A stretch of DNA of 54,933 nucleotides. It comes from an uncultured Candidatus Pelagibacter sp. (GTDB lineage Bacteria > Pseudomonadota > Alphaproteobacteria > Pelagibacterales > Pelagibacteraceae). The stretch is from positions 1-54,933 of the forward strand of contig CAZAGV010000001.1 of the NCBI GenBank assembly GCA_964484975.1. The letters are read 5' to 3'. The translations under genes and the position numbers were made by a program. The notes under the pieces were generated by a model, which was given only the letters and a program-made list of their open reading frames with translations, made no database searches and was not told the origin of the DNA. This document shows positions 40,203 to 49,896 of the stretch, piece by piece; the stretch's first letter is position 1, and each line of letters opens with the position of its first letter.

Positions 40203-41609
40203 TTAAGAACTGTAATACATCTCAAACTCCATAGGATGCGGAGTATGCTCAAGGTTATAAATTTCTTCAAATTTTAATGCTATAAATGCATCAATTTGAT
40301 CATCAGAAAATACACCACCTTGTTTTAAAAAACCTCTATCTCTATCCAAACTTTCCATTGCTTCTCTTAATGAACCACAAACTGTAGGAATATTTTTTAC
40401 TTTATCCTCTGGTAAAGCATATAAATCTTCATCGAGAGGTTTACCTGGATTAATTTTATTTTTAATACCATCTAATCCTGCCATTAACATTGCTGAAAAA
40501 GTTAGATAAGGGTTTCCTGCAGCATCAGGAAATCTAATTTCACATCTTGCGCCATTTTTACTTAATGTTATTGGTATTCTGCATGAAGCAGATCTGTTTC
40601 TCGCAGAGTAAGCTAATAAAACTGGAGCTTCAAAGCCTGGAATTAATCTTTTGTAACTATTTGTTGTTGCATTTGAAAAAGCATTAATAGCTTTAGCATG
40701 TTTTAAAATTCCACCAATGTAATGCAAAGCAGTATCTGACAAACCTGAATATTTGTCTCCTGAAAAAACAGGTTTATTATTTTTCCAAATTGATTGATGA
40801 ATATGCATTCCCGATCCATTATCTCCTTTTACAGGTTTTGGCATAAAAGTTGCAGTTTTCCCAAACGAATGAGAAACCATATGTACTACATATTTATAAA
40901 GCTGAACGTTATCTGCCTGAGTTACTAAAGTATTATACAACATTCCAAGTTCATGTTGACTAGGAGCAACTTCGTGGTGATGTTTTTCAACGGTAATACC
41001 TACTTCTCTTAAACCTTTTAAATATTCACCTCTCATGTCTTGAGCGCTATCAACTGGAGGTACTGGAAAATATCCACCTTTTATTCCTGGTCTATGTCCC
41101 ATGTTTCCATTTTCATAATCTCTTCCTGAGTTATAAGGGCCTTCGGAACTATCAATTTTAAATCCTATTTCATTCATTTCATTTTTTATTTTTACATCGT
41201 CAAAAACAAAAAATTCAGGTTCAGGACCAAAGTAAGCTTTATCTCCAAATCCTGTAGTTTTTAAATAAGCTTCAGCTCTTTTTGCTATTCCTCTTGGATC
41301 TCTTTCATAAGGATTTTTTTTGACAGCATCTAAAACATCACAGAAAAGAATAAGAGTATTATGAGAAGTATAAGGATCAATCACTTGTCTACTTAAATCA
41401 GGTTTTAAAATCATGTCTGACTCATTAATAGCTTTCCAACCAGCTATTGAAGAACCATCAAAAAAAACACCATCATTTAACATATCATCATCAACTATTG
41501 TTGAATCCATTGTTAGATGTTGAAGCTTTCCTCTAGGATCGGTGAATCTTAAGTCTACAAACTCAATTTCCTTATCTTTCAATAATTTTAAAACTTTATT
41601 AGAGCTCAT
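40203..41609 (-). CDS. glnA: Glutamine synthetase type I
   Basis: FDGSSI.GW, GPEPEFF, HHHEVA..Q.E, FMPKP..GDNGSGMH.HQS, NRSA..RIP, DLY adenylylation loop. Confidence 0.99.
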   Translation of the reverse strand: MSSNKVLKLLKDKEIEFVDLRFTDPRGKLQHLTMDSTIVDDDMLNDGVFFDGSSIAGWKAINESDMILKPDLSRQVIDPYTSHNTLILFCDVLDAVKKNPYERDPRGIAKRAEAYLKTTGFGDKAYFGPEPEFFVFDDVKIKNEMNEIGFKIDSSEGPYNSGRDYENGNMGHRPGIKGGYFPVPPVDSAQDMRGEYLKGLREVGITVEKHHHEVAPSQHELGMLYNTLVTQADNVQLYKYVVHMVSHSFGKTATFMPKPVKGDNGSGMHIHQSIWKNNKPVFSGDKYSGLSDTALHYIGGILKHAKAINAFSNATTNSYKRLIPGFEAPVLLAYSARNRSASCRIPITLSKNGARCEIRFPDAAGNPYLTFSAMLMAGLDGIKNKINPGKPLDEDLYALPEDKVKNIPTVCGSLREAMESLDRDRGFLKQGGVFSDDQIDAFIALKFEEIYNLEHTPHPMEFEMYYSS

Positions 41610-41758
41610 AATTTTTTCTGCCTATATTTGAACTTAATATCAAAAAATGCATTAATAAAAAGATAATTTAACGAGATATCACCTATGCATTTCTTACATG
41701 GATAAATGGCGATTAATATGAAATTATCAATTCACAAATTGTTACAATTATTAGTTGA

Positions 41759-42241
41759 ATGGAAGATTTATTAAACAAAGAACCAGTTAAAAGAGTTTTA
41801 AAAGCTCTTAGAGATTTTGACGAATCATTAAAAGTAGAAACTTTAATAAGTTCAGCACGAACCGCAAAAGATGCTTCAGAAAGTTTAAAAACAGAAGTAG
41901 GCTCTATTGTAAAAAGCTTACTGCTTAGAAGAAAAAGCTCTTTCTTGTTATGTTTAGTAGCGGGTGATAAGAGGTGTTCTCTAAATAAAATAAAAAAATT
42001 ATTAAATGAAAAAGATGTAAGTATGGCAAATGCTGATCAAGTAAAAGAAATAACAGGATTTACAATTGGGGGCGTTTCTCCAGTAGGTCATTTAAATAAA
42101 ATTGATATATTTATAGATCATTCTTTAGAAAGATTTGAAAATGTATTTGCAGCCGCGGGTCATCCTAATAGCATTTTTAAAATTAATTTCAAAAATCTTT
42201 GTAAAATTACAAATGGTTCAGTTAAAGACATATCCGAATGA
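41759..42241 (+). CDS. YbaK/EbsC (INS superfamily) aminoacyl-tRNA deacylase
   Basis: ARTA.DA, IVKSL, TGF.IGGVSP.GH, AAAGHP. Confidence 0.9.
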   Translation: MEDLLNKEPVKRVLKALRDFDESLKVETLISSARTAKDASESLKTEVGSIVKSLLLRRKSSFLLCLVAGDKRCSLNKIKKLLNEKDVSMANADQVKEITGFTIGGVSPVGHLNKIDIFIDHSLERFENVFAAAGHPNSIFKINFKNLCKITNGSVKDISE

Positions 42242-43131
42242 GAAGTCCAAAACTAACGGATTATATTCTTTTGACTGTTTTAGCTTTAATATGGTCGTCA
42301 GCATTTTTTAATATAAAAATTGCAACTTATTCTTTTGGACCAGTTACAATTGCATTTTTAAGAATTTTTTTTGGAGCTATACCTGTTGTTGCACTTTGTT
42401 TATACAAAAAAATAAAAATTGAAGCATTTTCAAAAGATTGGCAATGGTTTGCTTTAATTGGCATGGTAAACTTAGTTATTCCTTTTTTCTTAATTGCATA
42501 TGGAGTTCAAAAAGTTCAGAGTAATTTAGCCGCAATATTAATGGCAAGTACACCGTTAAGTGCAACTGTATTGGCTCATTTTTTTACCAGTAATGAAAAA
42601 ATTAATCTTACAAAAACATTTGGTGTTCTGCTTGGATTTTCAGGAATAGTTTTTCTTTTTTCAGATGATATTTTGATTAATGAAAATAATTTTTTTTCTG
42701 CCCTAATAATTTTTTTTGCTTCAACTTTTTATGTAATTGGAGGTTTATTAACTCTTAAAATAAGTAATAAAAAAAATGAAAATGTAACAGCTTCAATACT
42801 CATTTGGGCAACATTATTTCTAATTCCAATTACTATTTTTACTGAACAACCTTGGAATTTAAATCCAAGCATGGAATCAATAATATCTGTTATTTATCTT
42901 GGAGTAGTTGCTACTGGTTTGGCATGGTTGCTTAGATTTAAAATACTAATAAATAATGGTTTAGTTTTTCAAGCTCAAGTAGCCTATCTAATTCCAATAT
43001 TTGGAATAATATTAAGTTACATTTTCTTGAAAGAAATAATTACACCTAAAGTTTTAGTTGCTGTTGTTGCTATAATTATTGGTATTTATTTTGTTAAAAA
43101 ATCAAATAGTAAAAAAACTACTTCAGTTTAG
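42238..43131 (+). CDS. EamA/DMT family transporter
   Basis: About 10 TM segments in two repeats; IWSSAF, AF.RI, PFFL, AAILM, YL.P.FG. Confidence 0.9.
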   Translation: MRSPKLTDYILLTVLALIWSSAFFNIKIATYSFGPVTIAFLRIFFGAIPVVALCLYKKIKIEAFSKDWQWFALIGMVNLVIPFFLIAYGVQKVQSNLAAILMASTPLSATVLAHFFTSNEKINLTKTFGVLLGFSGIVFLFSDDILINENNFFSALIIFFASTFYVIGGLLTLKISNKKNENVTASILIWATLFLIPITIFTEQPWNLNPSMESIISVIYLGVVATGLAWLLRFKILINNGLVFQAQVAYLIPIFGIILSYIFLKEIITPKVLVAVVAIIIGIYFVKKSNSKKTTSV

Positions 43132-44032
43132 AAATTTCTTTTATGTGAGAAGGTCTTATTTCGCAACAACCACCTAGTATTGTAGCACCATTTTCCATAA
43201 ATTTTTTTGCATATTCATAGAATTTTGTTTCATTTAATTCAGTATTTACTCCCAAAACAGTATTTGGATTACCTGCATTTCCCCACGCATCTTTGCTAGC
43301 AACAGTATAACCTATTGGTATTTTTTTAAATGCATTCAACTTAAATCCATAAGGTATATCTATTTTTTTTAAATCATTAGCAACTGCTTCATAGGCTTTT
43401 GGAGAAACACAAGCCATAATAATACCAAGCCAGTTTTTATTTTTATATTTCTTAACTATATCTTCAATTTTTTCACCAGAAGGAAGTTGACCATTGTCTC
43501 TTAGATGAACGCCAACTAAAGCTGGTAAATTAAATGATCCAATTGTTTTAAGTGCAATTTCACACTCTAGTCCACTACTCATTACATCGAGATAAAAAAA
43601 ATCAATTCCATTTTTAAGTATTTTAGCTTGGTCATAAAAATTTTTTTCTATTGAGTCTAAATCTTTTCCTAAGTCAGCTTCATATGTTTGTTTTTGATTG
43701 GGCAAACCTCCAGCAATTAAAATATCTTTTTTTGAGATATCTCTTGCTTTTTGTGCCAATTCGACTGCTTTAATATTTATTTGTTCAAAATATTTTTCAC
43801 AATCATTTTGAATTAATCTATTTCTTCGAGCAGTAAATGTTGATGTAACTATTACTTCAGCTCCAGCATTTATAAAATCTAAATGAGCATCAATAACCAT
43901 TTGATGGCAACTTTCATCAATTAAAGCATGTGAAGACCACAATGTTCCTTTTGGTTTTAATCCTTTAAAAAGCAATTCTTGACCCATGCCACCATCAAGA
44001 ATCCTGGTTGATTTAAAATAATTTATGTCCAT
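43118..44032 (-). CDS. Homocysteine S-methyltransferase family protein (stand-alone, Zn-dependent)
   Basis: ILDGGMGQEL, LWS, H.DFI.AGA, GGCC near the C terminus plus a third Cys (MACVSP); ATG at 44032. Confidence 0.9.
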   Translation of the reverse strand: MDINYFKSTRILDGGMGQELLFKGLKPKGTLWSSHALIDESCHQMVIDAHLDFINAGAEVIVTSTFTARRNRLIQNDCEKYFEQINIKAVELAQKARDISKKDILIAGGLPNQKQTYEADLGKDLDSIEKNFYDQAKILKNGIDFFYLDVMSSGLECEIALKTIGSFNLPALVGVHLRDNGQLPSGEKIEDIVKKYKNKNWLGIIMACVSPKAYEAVANDLKKIDIPYGFKLNAFKKIPIGYTVASKDAWGNAGNPNTVLGVNTELNETKFYEYAKKFMENGATILGGCCEIRPSHIKEISKLK

Positions 44033-44033
44033 T

Positions 44034-44780
44034 TTAAACAAATAATTTAATACCCATTCTAATAGCAACAAATAATACAAGAATTGCTGTAATCAAAGCT
44101 AAAATTCTAGTTGGTAATATTTTTAAATTTAAAAAATTACCAATATGGCCACCTATCATTACTGCCAAAAACAAATACCAATAATTTGATACTTCAATTA
44201 AAACAATATTTTTTGTTAATTGACCAATTACACCAGCAATTGAGTTAACAAGAATAAATAATGAAGCAGCCGTAACTATATGTTTTGGCTTACCTGCTTT
44301 TATTAAAAAAAGAATTGGACTTAAAAATATGCCTCCTCCAATTCCAACTGCACCAGAAACAAAACCTAATATTCCACCTATTAAAATTGAAATAATAATT
44401 GGAATATCTTTATACATTGCATCTTGATCATCATATGATCTAAAATTTATCAAAAGCATTGTTCCTGCAAAAGTTAAAACCAAAAATAAAAAAATTTCGA
44501 ATAAATTTCTATCTATTTGTAAAGATCCTCCAATATATGCAAGCGGTATAGACCCAATCAAATATGGGGTTAATAATTTTAAATTTAAATTTCCAGCTCT
44601 GATGTAGTTGAAACTATTTCCAGAAACTACAAATATGTTGCATATCAAAGCTATTACTGGAAAAATATAATATGGAACATTCAATATCAGTAGTAGAGCA
44701 AGGTAAGTAGATCCACCACCAAATCCAACACTGGCATATAATATAGCAGTTACAAAGAATGATATAGATAGTATAATCAT
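44034..44780 (-). CDS. TauE/SafE (TSUP) family permease
   Basis: Two Gly-rich repeats VGFGGG and VGIGGG.FL.P, about 8 TM. Confidence 0.88.
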   Translation of the reverse strand: MIILSISFFVTAILYASVGFGGGSTYLALLLILNVPYYIFPVIALICNIFVVSGNSFNYIRAGNLNLKLLTPYLIGSIPLAYIGGSLQIDRNLFEIFLFLVLTFAGTMLLINFRSYDDQDAMYKDIPIIISILIGGILGFVSGAVGIGGGIFLSPILFLIKAGKPKHIVTAASLFILVNSIAGVIGQLTKNIVLIEVSNYWYLFLAVMIGGHIGNFLNLKILPTRILALITAILVLFVAIRMGIKLFV

Positions 44781-44789
44781 TTTAATTTT

Positions 44790-45290
44790 ATGAACGTTAA
44801 TATAGCACTTCTGACAGTAACCGACACAAGAACTTTAGATACAGATAAATCTGGAGCTATACTTGTAGGAAAAATTAAAAAGGCAAATCATAATTTAATA
44901 GATAGAAAAATTTGTAAAGACAGTAAAGAAGAGATAATAAAAATCCTTAACTTGTGGATCGAAAAAAAAGAAATTGATGTTGTTATAACAACTGGAGGAA
45001 CAGGATTGACAGGAAGAGACATTACTCCTGAAGCATTGGAGGAAATAGCAGACAAACATATTCCAGGATTTGGTGAGATTTTCAGAACAATCAGTTTAAA
45101 AACTGTTGGTACTTCTTCTATTCAGTCAAGAGCATGCGCAATATTAGCTAATGGTAAATATATATTTGCATTACCAGGATCTTCAGGAGGAGTTACTGAT
45201 GCTTGGGATGAAATTTTAGTTCATCAATTGGATATAAACCATAAACCTTGTAATTTTGTAGAATTACTACCTAGACTTAAAGAAAAATAA
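44790..45290 (+). CDS. moaB: Molybdopterin adenylyltransferase MoaB/MogA family
   Basis: LTV.DTR....DKSG, TTGGTGLTGRD.TPE, GFGE.FR, QSRA, LPGS, PCNF. Confidence 0.95.
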   Translation: MNVNIALLTVTDTRTLDTDKSGAILVGKIKKANHNLIDRKICKDSKEEIIKILNLWIEKKEIDVVITTGGTGLTGRDITPEALEEIADKHIPGFGEIFRTISLKTVGTSSIQSRACAILANGKYIFALPGSSGGVTDAWDEILVHQLDINHKPCNFVELLPRLKEK

Positions 45291-45292
45291 AT

Positions 45293-45538
45293 TTATTTTT
45301 GATATTTTTCTTTCCATTCTGAATAGGGCATTCCATAAACATGTTCTCTGGCATCTGGATCTGAAATATTTATACCTTTTTTTTCTGCCTCTTCCCTGTA
45401 CCATTTTGATAGGCAATTTCTGCAAAAACCAGCAAGATTCATTATATCTATATTTTGAACATCTTTTCTTTCTCTAAGATGTTTTACTAATCTTTCAAAT
45501 ACTGCAGACTGTAATTCTTTTTTTATATTATCATCCAT
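45293..45538 (-). CDS. DUF1244 family protein
   Basis: F.RLV.HLR.R.DVQNID.MNLAGFCRNCLS.WY, AREHVYGMPY.EWK..YQ. Confidence 0.88.
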   Translation of the reverse strand: MDDNIKKELQSAVFERLVKHLRERKDVQNIDIMNLAGFCRNCLSKWYREEAEKKGINISDPDAREHVYGMPYSEWKEKYQK

Positions 45539-45568
45539 ATTTTTTTATGTTAAAAATTAATTATATTA

Positions 45569-46141
45569 ATGAAATTATCAGGATCATATCAAATTAAATT
45601 AGAAAAACAAAAAGTTTGGGAAGCTTTAAATAATCCAGAAATATTGAAGAAGGCAATACCAGGTTGTGAAGAATTTATAAAAAAATCTGATACGGAATTT
45701 ACTGCAACAGCAAAAAATAAAATTGGTCCATTTAATGCAAGTTTTACAGGCGATATTGAGCTTAAAGATATTGATGCTCCCAATAGTTATAAAATCACAG
45801 GATCAGGAAATTCTCCAGTTGGTTTTGCTAATGGAGAAGCCACAGTTAGTTTGGAAAATAAAGACAATAGTACTATGCTTACTTATACTGTTGAAGCAAA
45901 TGTAGGTGGAAAAATTGCACAAGTTGGATCACGTTTAATTGATATGACAGCAAAAAAAATGGCTGATATTTTTTTTGGTAAATTTTCAGAATTAGTTTCA
46001 AAAGAACATGATGTTAAAAAAATTAATGAGGAGCAAAGCGTAGAAAATAAAGTTCCATATGAAAAAAAACCACAGAGTAAAATATTAATTTATTTCTCAA
46101 TCGCAATAATGGTGGCCATAGCGATTTATTTAATTAGTTGA
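45569..46141 (+). CDS. coxG: CoxG (SRPBCC/START fold) with C-terminal membrane anchor
   Basis: VWEALN.PE.L...IPGCE, KIGP..A.F.G, A.VGGKIAQVGSRLI, hydrophobic tail. Confidence 0.92.
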   Translation: MKLSGSYQIKLEKQKVWEALNNPEILKKAIPGCEEFIKKSDTEFTATAKNKIGPFNASFTGDIELKDIDAPNSYKITGSGNSPVGFANGEATVSLENKDNSTMLTYTVEANVGGKIAQVGSRLIDMTAKKMADIFFGKFSELVSKEHDVKKINEEQSVENKVPYEKKPQSKILIYFSIAIMVAIAIYLIS

Positions 46142-46232
46142 ATCGCGTAAAACTAGAATTTTATATTTTTTTATAGTTGAGAGTGACATTATTGTATGTT
46201 TAACTTAACTTATTATTAAGGAGCGGAACCTT

Positions 46233-46694
46233 ATGAAAAAAGTATCATTGGAAATTAACGGCAAAAAAGTTACTAAAGAAATTCCGGATCACACAACATT
46301 ATCAGGTTTATTAAGAGATATTTTGAATTTGACAGGAACACATATCGGTTGTGATACAAGTCAGTGTGGAGCATGTGTAGTTCATGTTGATGGTAAATCT
46401 ATAAAAAGCTGTACTGCATTAGCAGCAGATCTTAATGGTTCAAAAGTTACAACAATTGAGGGATTGGCTTCAAATGGCAAATTACATCCAATGCAAGAAG
46501 CATTTAAGAAAATGCACGGTTTACAGTGTGGTTTCTGCACACCTGGTATGGTTATGAGTGCAGTTGATCTTTTGAAAAATAAAAAAAATCCAAGCGATCA
46601 AGAAATAAGAGATTGGTTGGAAGGTAATATTTGTAGATGTACAGGTTACCATAATATTGTTGCAGCGGTTAAAGAAGCTGCATCGAAAATGTAG
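46233..46694 (+). CDS. coxS: Mo-hydroxylase [2Fe-2S] small subunit (CoxS/CutS type)
   Basis: [10 protein letters not shown]...KSC and QCGFCTPG...GNICRCTGY; AAGGAG SD upstream. Confidence 0.95.
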   Translation: MKKVSLEINGKKVTKEIPDHTTLSGLLRDILNLTGTHIGCDTSQCGACVVHVDGKSIKSCTALAADLNGSKVTTIEGLASNGKLHPMQEAFKKMHGLQCGFCTPGMVMSAVDLLKNKKNPSDQEIRDWLEGNICRCTGYHNIVAAVKEAASKM

Positions 46695-46702
46695 GAGATG
46701 AA

Positions 46703-49081
46703 ATGGCAAGTTTAGTAGGCTCTAGGGTTGAAAGAAAAGAAGATAAAAGATTTTTAACAGGCAAAGGAAGATATACGTCTGATATAAATATTGCTAATCA
46801 AACATATGCTGTATTTATTAGGTCTCCACATGCGAGAGCAAAAATAAAAAAAATTGACACATCTAAAGCTATTAAATCTTCTGGAGTAGTAGATATTTTA
46901 ACAGGCGAGCATATCGCAAAGGATAAAATTGGAGGTTTAATTGCTGGGTGGGCAATTAGAAGTGAAGATAATTCAGAGATGAAATGTCCAGCAAATCCGC
47001 CATTAGCAAAAGATAGTGTGAATTTTGTAGGAGATCCAGTAGCTGTAGTTTTTGCTGAAACCTTGGATGAGGCTAGAGCAGCAGCAGAATTAGTAAAAAT
47101 AGATTATAAAGTTTTGAAGGCAGTTACAAACTTAGGCAAGGCAATGAATAGTGAAGCTATACATGAAGGCATAGATAAAAATCTTTGCTATGACTGGTTA
47201 CTTGGAGATAGACAAAAAGTTAAAGAGGCCTTTGATAAAGCAGATAAAATTATAAAATTAGATATTATAAATAACAGGCTTATTCCAAATGCAATGGAGC
47301 CAAGAGCATGTGTAATAGACTACAATACTGCTTCAGAAGAAATAACTTGTTACACTACAAGTCAAAATCCACATTTATCTAGATTAATTATGTCTGCATT
47401 TGGAGGTGTTGCCCCAGAAAACAAATTAAGAGTTGTTGCACCAGATGTAGGAGGAGGCTTTGGTTCAAAAATTAATCTTTATAACGAAGAAATTGTTTGT
47501 AGCTGGGCGTCAAAAAAAATAGAAAGACCTATTAAGTGGGTAGCCGAAAGAACAGAATCTTTTTTAACTGATACTCATGGTCGAGATCATATCACTCATG
47601 CAGAATTAGCAGTTACTAATGATGGTAAATTTTTAGGATTTAAAAATGAAACAATTGCAAATTTAGGAGCATATGCAAGAGTTTTTGGAACTGTAACTCC
47701 AACTTATTTATTTGGACCATGTGCAACTGGTGTTTATATAATGCCAGCAGCGTATTCTAATGTTAAAGCAGTTTATACAAATACTGCACCCGTAGATGCA
47801 TACAGAGGAGCAGGAAGACCAGAAGCTACTTATACAATAGAAAGAATAGTTGATAAAGCTGCTATAGAATTAGGCATGGATCCAATTGAAATAAGAATGA
47901 AAAACTTTCCAACTGAATTTCCATTTAAACAAACTTTAGTTCATCAGATAGATTCCGGTGATTATGTTGCCGGATTAAATAAGGCAAAAGAAATGGCAGA
48001 TTATGGTGGTTTTGCTGCTAGAAAAAAAGATTCAGAATCAAAAGGAAAACTTAGAGGCATAGGCGTTACAACTTATTTTGAAGCGTGTGGTATTGCTCCA
48101 TCACCAGTTGTTATGATGTTAGGCTGTGGCGTTGGTTTGTGGGAATCAGCAGAAGTAAGATTTAATCCAACTGGCCAAGTAACAGTTTATACAGGCTCGC
48201 ATAGTCACGGACAAAGCCACCAAACAACATTTGCACAAATTGCTGCTGATGAGCTAGGTGTACCAATTGAAAATATTGATATTGTTCATGGGGATACTGA
48301 TAAAGGAACATTTGGTATGGGAACATATGGATCGAGATCTTTAACTGTAGGAGGAATAGCAATAATAAATGCATGTAAAAAGATAGTTAATAAAGGAAAA
48401 AAAATTGCTGCAAAAATGCTTGAAGCAAGTCCTGATGAAGTTGACTTTAAAAATGGTGAATTTGTTGTAGCTAAATCAAATAAGAAAAAAACAATAGGAG
48501 AAGTTGCATTTGCAAGTTATTTACCCGGGGTAAGAGATGAAGTTAAATCGCCATTGCCAGAAGGGGAAGAGCCAGGATTAATAGAGTCATCATTTTTTGA
48601 CCCAGCTAATTTCTCTTTTCCAGCAGGATCACACATTTGTGAAGTAGAAATTGATCCTGAAACAGGTGAAGTAAAACTTGATAAATATACAGCCGTAGAT
48701 GATTTTGGAACAATAGTAAATCCGTTAATTGTTGAAGGACAAGTTCATGGTGGATTAGCACAAGGAATTGGACAAGCTTTATGTGAAAATGCTCAGTACG
48801 ATGAGTCTGGTCAATTAATTACAGCATCATATATGGATTATACAATGCCAAGAGCAGATAATTTTCCAGAATTTAATATTGGATTTACATGTACGAAAGC
48901 AACAACAAATCCATTAGGTGTCAAAGGATGTGGAGAAGCAGGAACTATAGCAGCAACTCCGACAGTTATGAATGCGGTTATTAACGCACTTGGAGGAAAA
49001 GAGATATCGTTACCTGCTACAGCTGAAAAAGTTTGGAAAGCATGTAAAGAATTAAAAAAATCAAATGCTAAGGCAGCTTAA
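46703..49081 (+). CDS. coxL: Mo-hydroxylase large subunit, form II CoxL-like (xanthine oxidase family); substrate unknown
   Basis: DVGGGFGSK, active-site loop AYRGAGR, GQ.H.T, GTYGSRS, GQVHGG..QG, KG.GE catalytic Glu. Confidence 0.9.
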   Translation: MASLVGSRVERKEDKRFLTGKGRYTSDINIANQTYAVFIRSPHARAKIKKIDTSKAIKSSGVVDILTGEHIAKDKIGGLIAGWAIRSEDNSEMKCPANPPLAKDSVNFVGDPVAVVFAETLDEARAAAELVKIDYKVLKAVTNLGKAMNSEAIHEGIDKNLCYDWLLGDRQKVKEAFDKADKIIKLDIINNRLIPNAMEPRACVIDYNTASEEITCYTTSQNPHLSRLIMSAFGGVAPENKLRVVAPDVGGGFGSKINLYNEEIVCSWASKKIERPIKWVAERTESFLTDTHGRDHITHAELAVTNDGKFLGFKNETIANLGAYARVFGTVTPTYLFGPCATGVYIMPAAYSNVKAVYTNTAPVDAYRGAGRPEATYTIERIVDKAAIELGMDPIEIRMKNFPTEFPFKQTLVHQIDSGDYVAGLNKAKEMADYGGFAARKKDSESKGKLRGIGVTTYFEACGIAPSPVVMMLGCGVGLWESAEVRFNPTGQVTVYTGSHSHGQSHQTTFAQIAADELGVPIENIDIVHGDTDKGTFGMGTYGSRSLTVGGIAIINACKKIVNKGKKIAAKMLEASPDEVDFKNGEFVVAKSNKKKTIGEVAFASYLPGVRDEVKSPLPEGEEPGLIESSFFDPANFSFPAGSHICEVEIDPETGEVKLDKYTAVDDFGTIVNPLIVEGQVHGGLAQGIGQALCENAQYDESGQLITASYMDYTMPRADNFPEFNIGFTCTKATTNPLGVKGCGEAGTIAATPTVMNAVINALGGKEISLPATAEKVWKACKELKKSNAKAA

Positions 49082-49089
49082 AGGAGATT

Positions 49090-49875
49090 ATGAAAACATT
49101 TAATTATCACTCAGCAAAAGATAGTAAAGAAGCATCAAAACTTTCTTCATCTAGCTCAGCTTTTTTAGCTGGAGGCATGACGACTATACCTTCTATGAAG
49201 TTAGGATTAGCTAGCTATAAAGATATTATTGATATCAAAAAAATAAAAAAGCTATCAGGAATAAAAGTTAGCGGAAAAACAGTTACAATTGGAGCTACAA
49301 CAAAACATGTGGAGGTAGCAAACTCTAAAGATGTTAAAAAAGCTATCCCTTCACTTGCTGCATTAGCAGAAGGAATAGGTGACCCTCAAGTAAGAAATAG
49401 AGGAACCATTGGTGGATCAATTGCTAACAACGATCCATCAGCAGATTATCCAGCTGCTTGTCTAGCACTGAATGCAATTATTCATACAAACAGTAGGAAG
49501 ATTCAAGCATCTAAGTTTTTTAAGGGTTTGTTTGAAACAGCTTTAAAGAAAGGTGAATTAATTGAAGCAATAGAATTTCAAGTACCACAAAAATCTAGTT
49601 ATCAAAAATGCCCAAATCCTGCATCTAGATATGCGATAGTTGGAGTATATGTTGCTAAATTTAAAAAAGAATCAAACGTAGCTGTTACAGGAGCTGAGTC
49701 TGTTGTTTTTAGATGTAAAAAAATTGAAAGTGCATTAAATTCTAATTTTTCAAGTTCAGCAATTGAGAAGGTCCAAATTAGTCCTTCTGGTTTTAACTCT
49801 GATATTCATGCATCGGCGGAATACAGGGCAAATTTAATTAAAGTATTTGCCAAAAAAGCTGTTGAGGCTTGTTAG
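49090..49875 (+). CDS. coxM: Mo-hydroxylase FAD subunit (CoxM/CutM type)
   Basis: LAGG.T, IG..QVRNRGTIGGS.A..DP.AD, ASAEYR. Confidence 0.93.
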   Translation: MKTFNYHSAKDSKEASKLSSSSSAFLAGGMTTIPSMKLGLASYKDIIDIKKIKKLSGIKVSGKTVTIGATTKHVEVANSKDVKKAIPSLAALAEGIGDPQVRNRGTIGGSIANNDPSADYPAACLALNAIIHTNSRKIQASKFFKGLFETALKKGELIEAIEFQVPQKSSYQKCPNPASRYAIVGVYVAKFKKESNVAVTGAESVVFRCKKIESALNSNFSSSAIEKVQISPSGFNSDIHASAEYRANLIKVFAKKAVEAC

Positions 49876-49896
49876 TAAACATCTATATTTTATCAA

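Noticed and set aside
46142-46232. Possible Moco riboswitch or hairpin upstream of coxS
   Set aside because: Only a weak AU/GU-rich stem; too short and lacking the multi-stem architecture. The moaA spacer (49 nt) is also too short.
46703-49081. Calling the locus a genuine aerobic CO dehydrogenase
   Set aside because: The active-site loop is AYRGAGR, not AYxCSFR; the order is S-L-M; coxD/coxE are not in the window.
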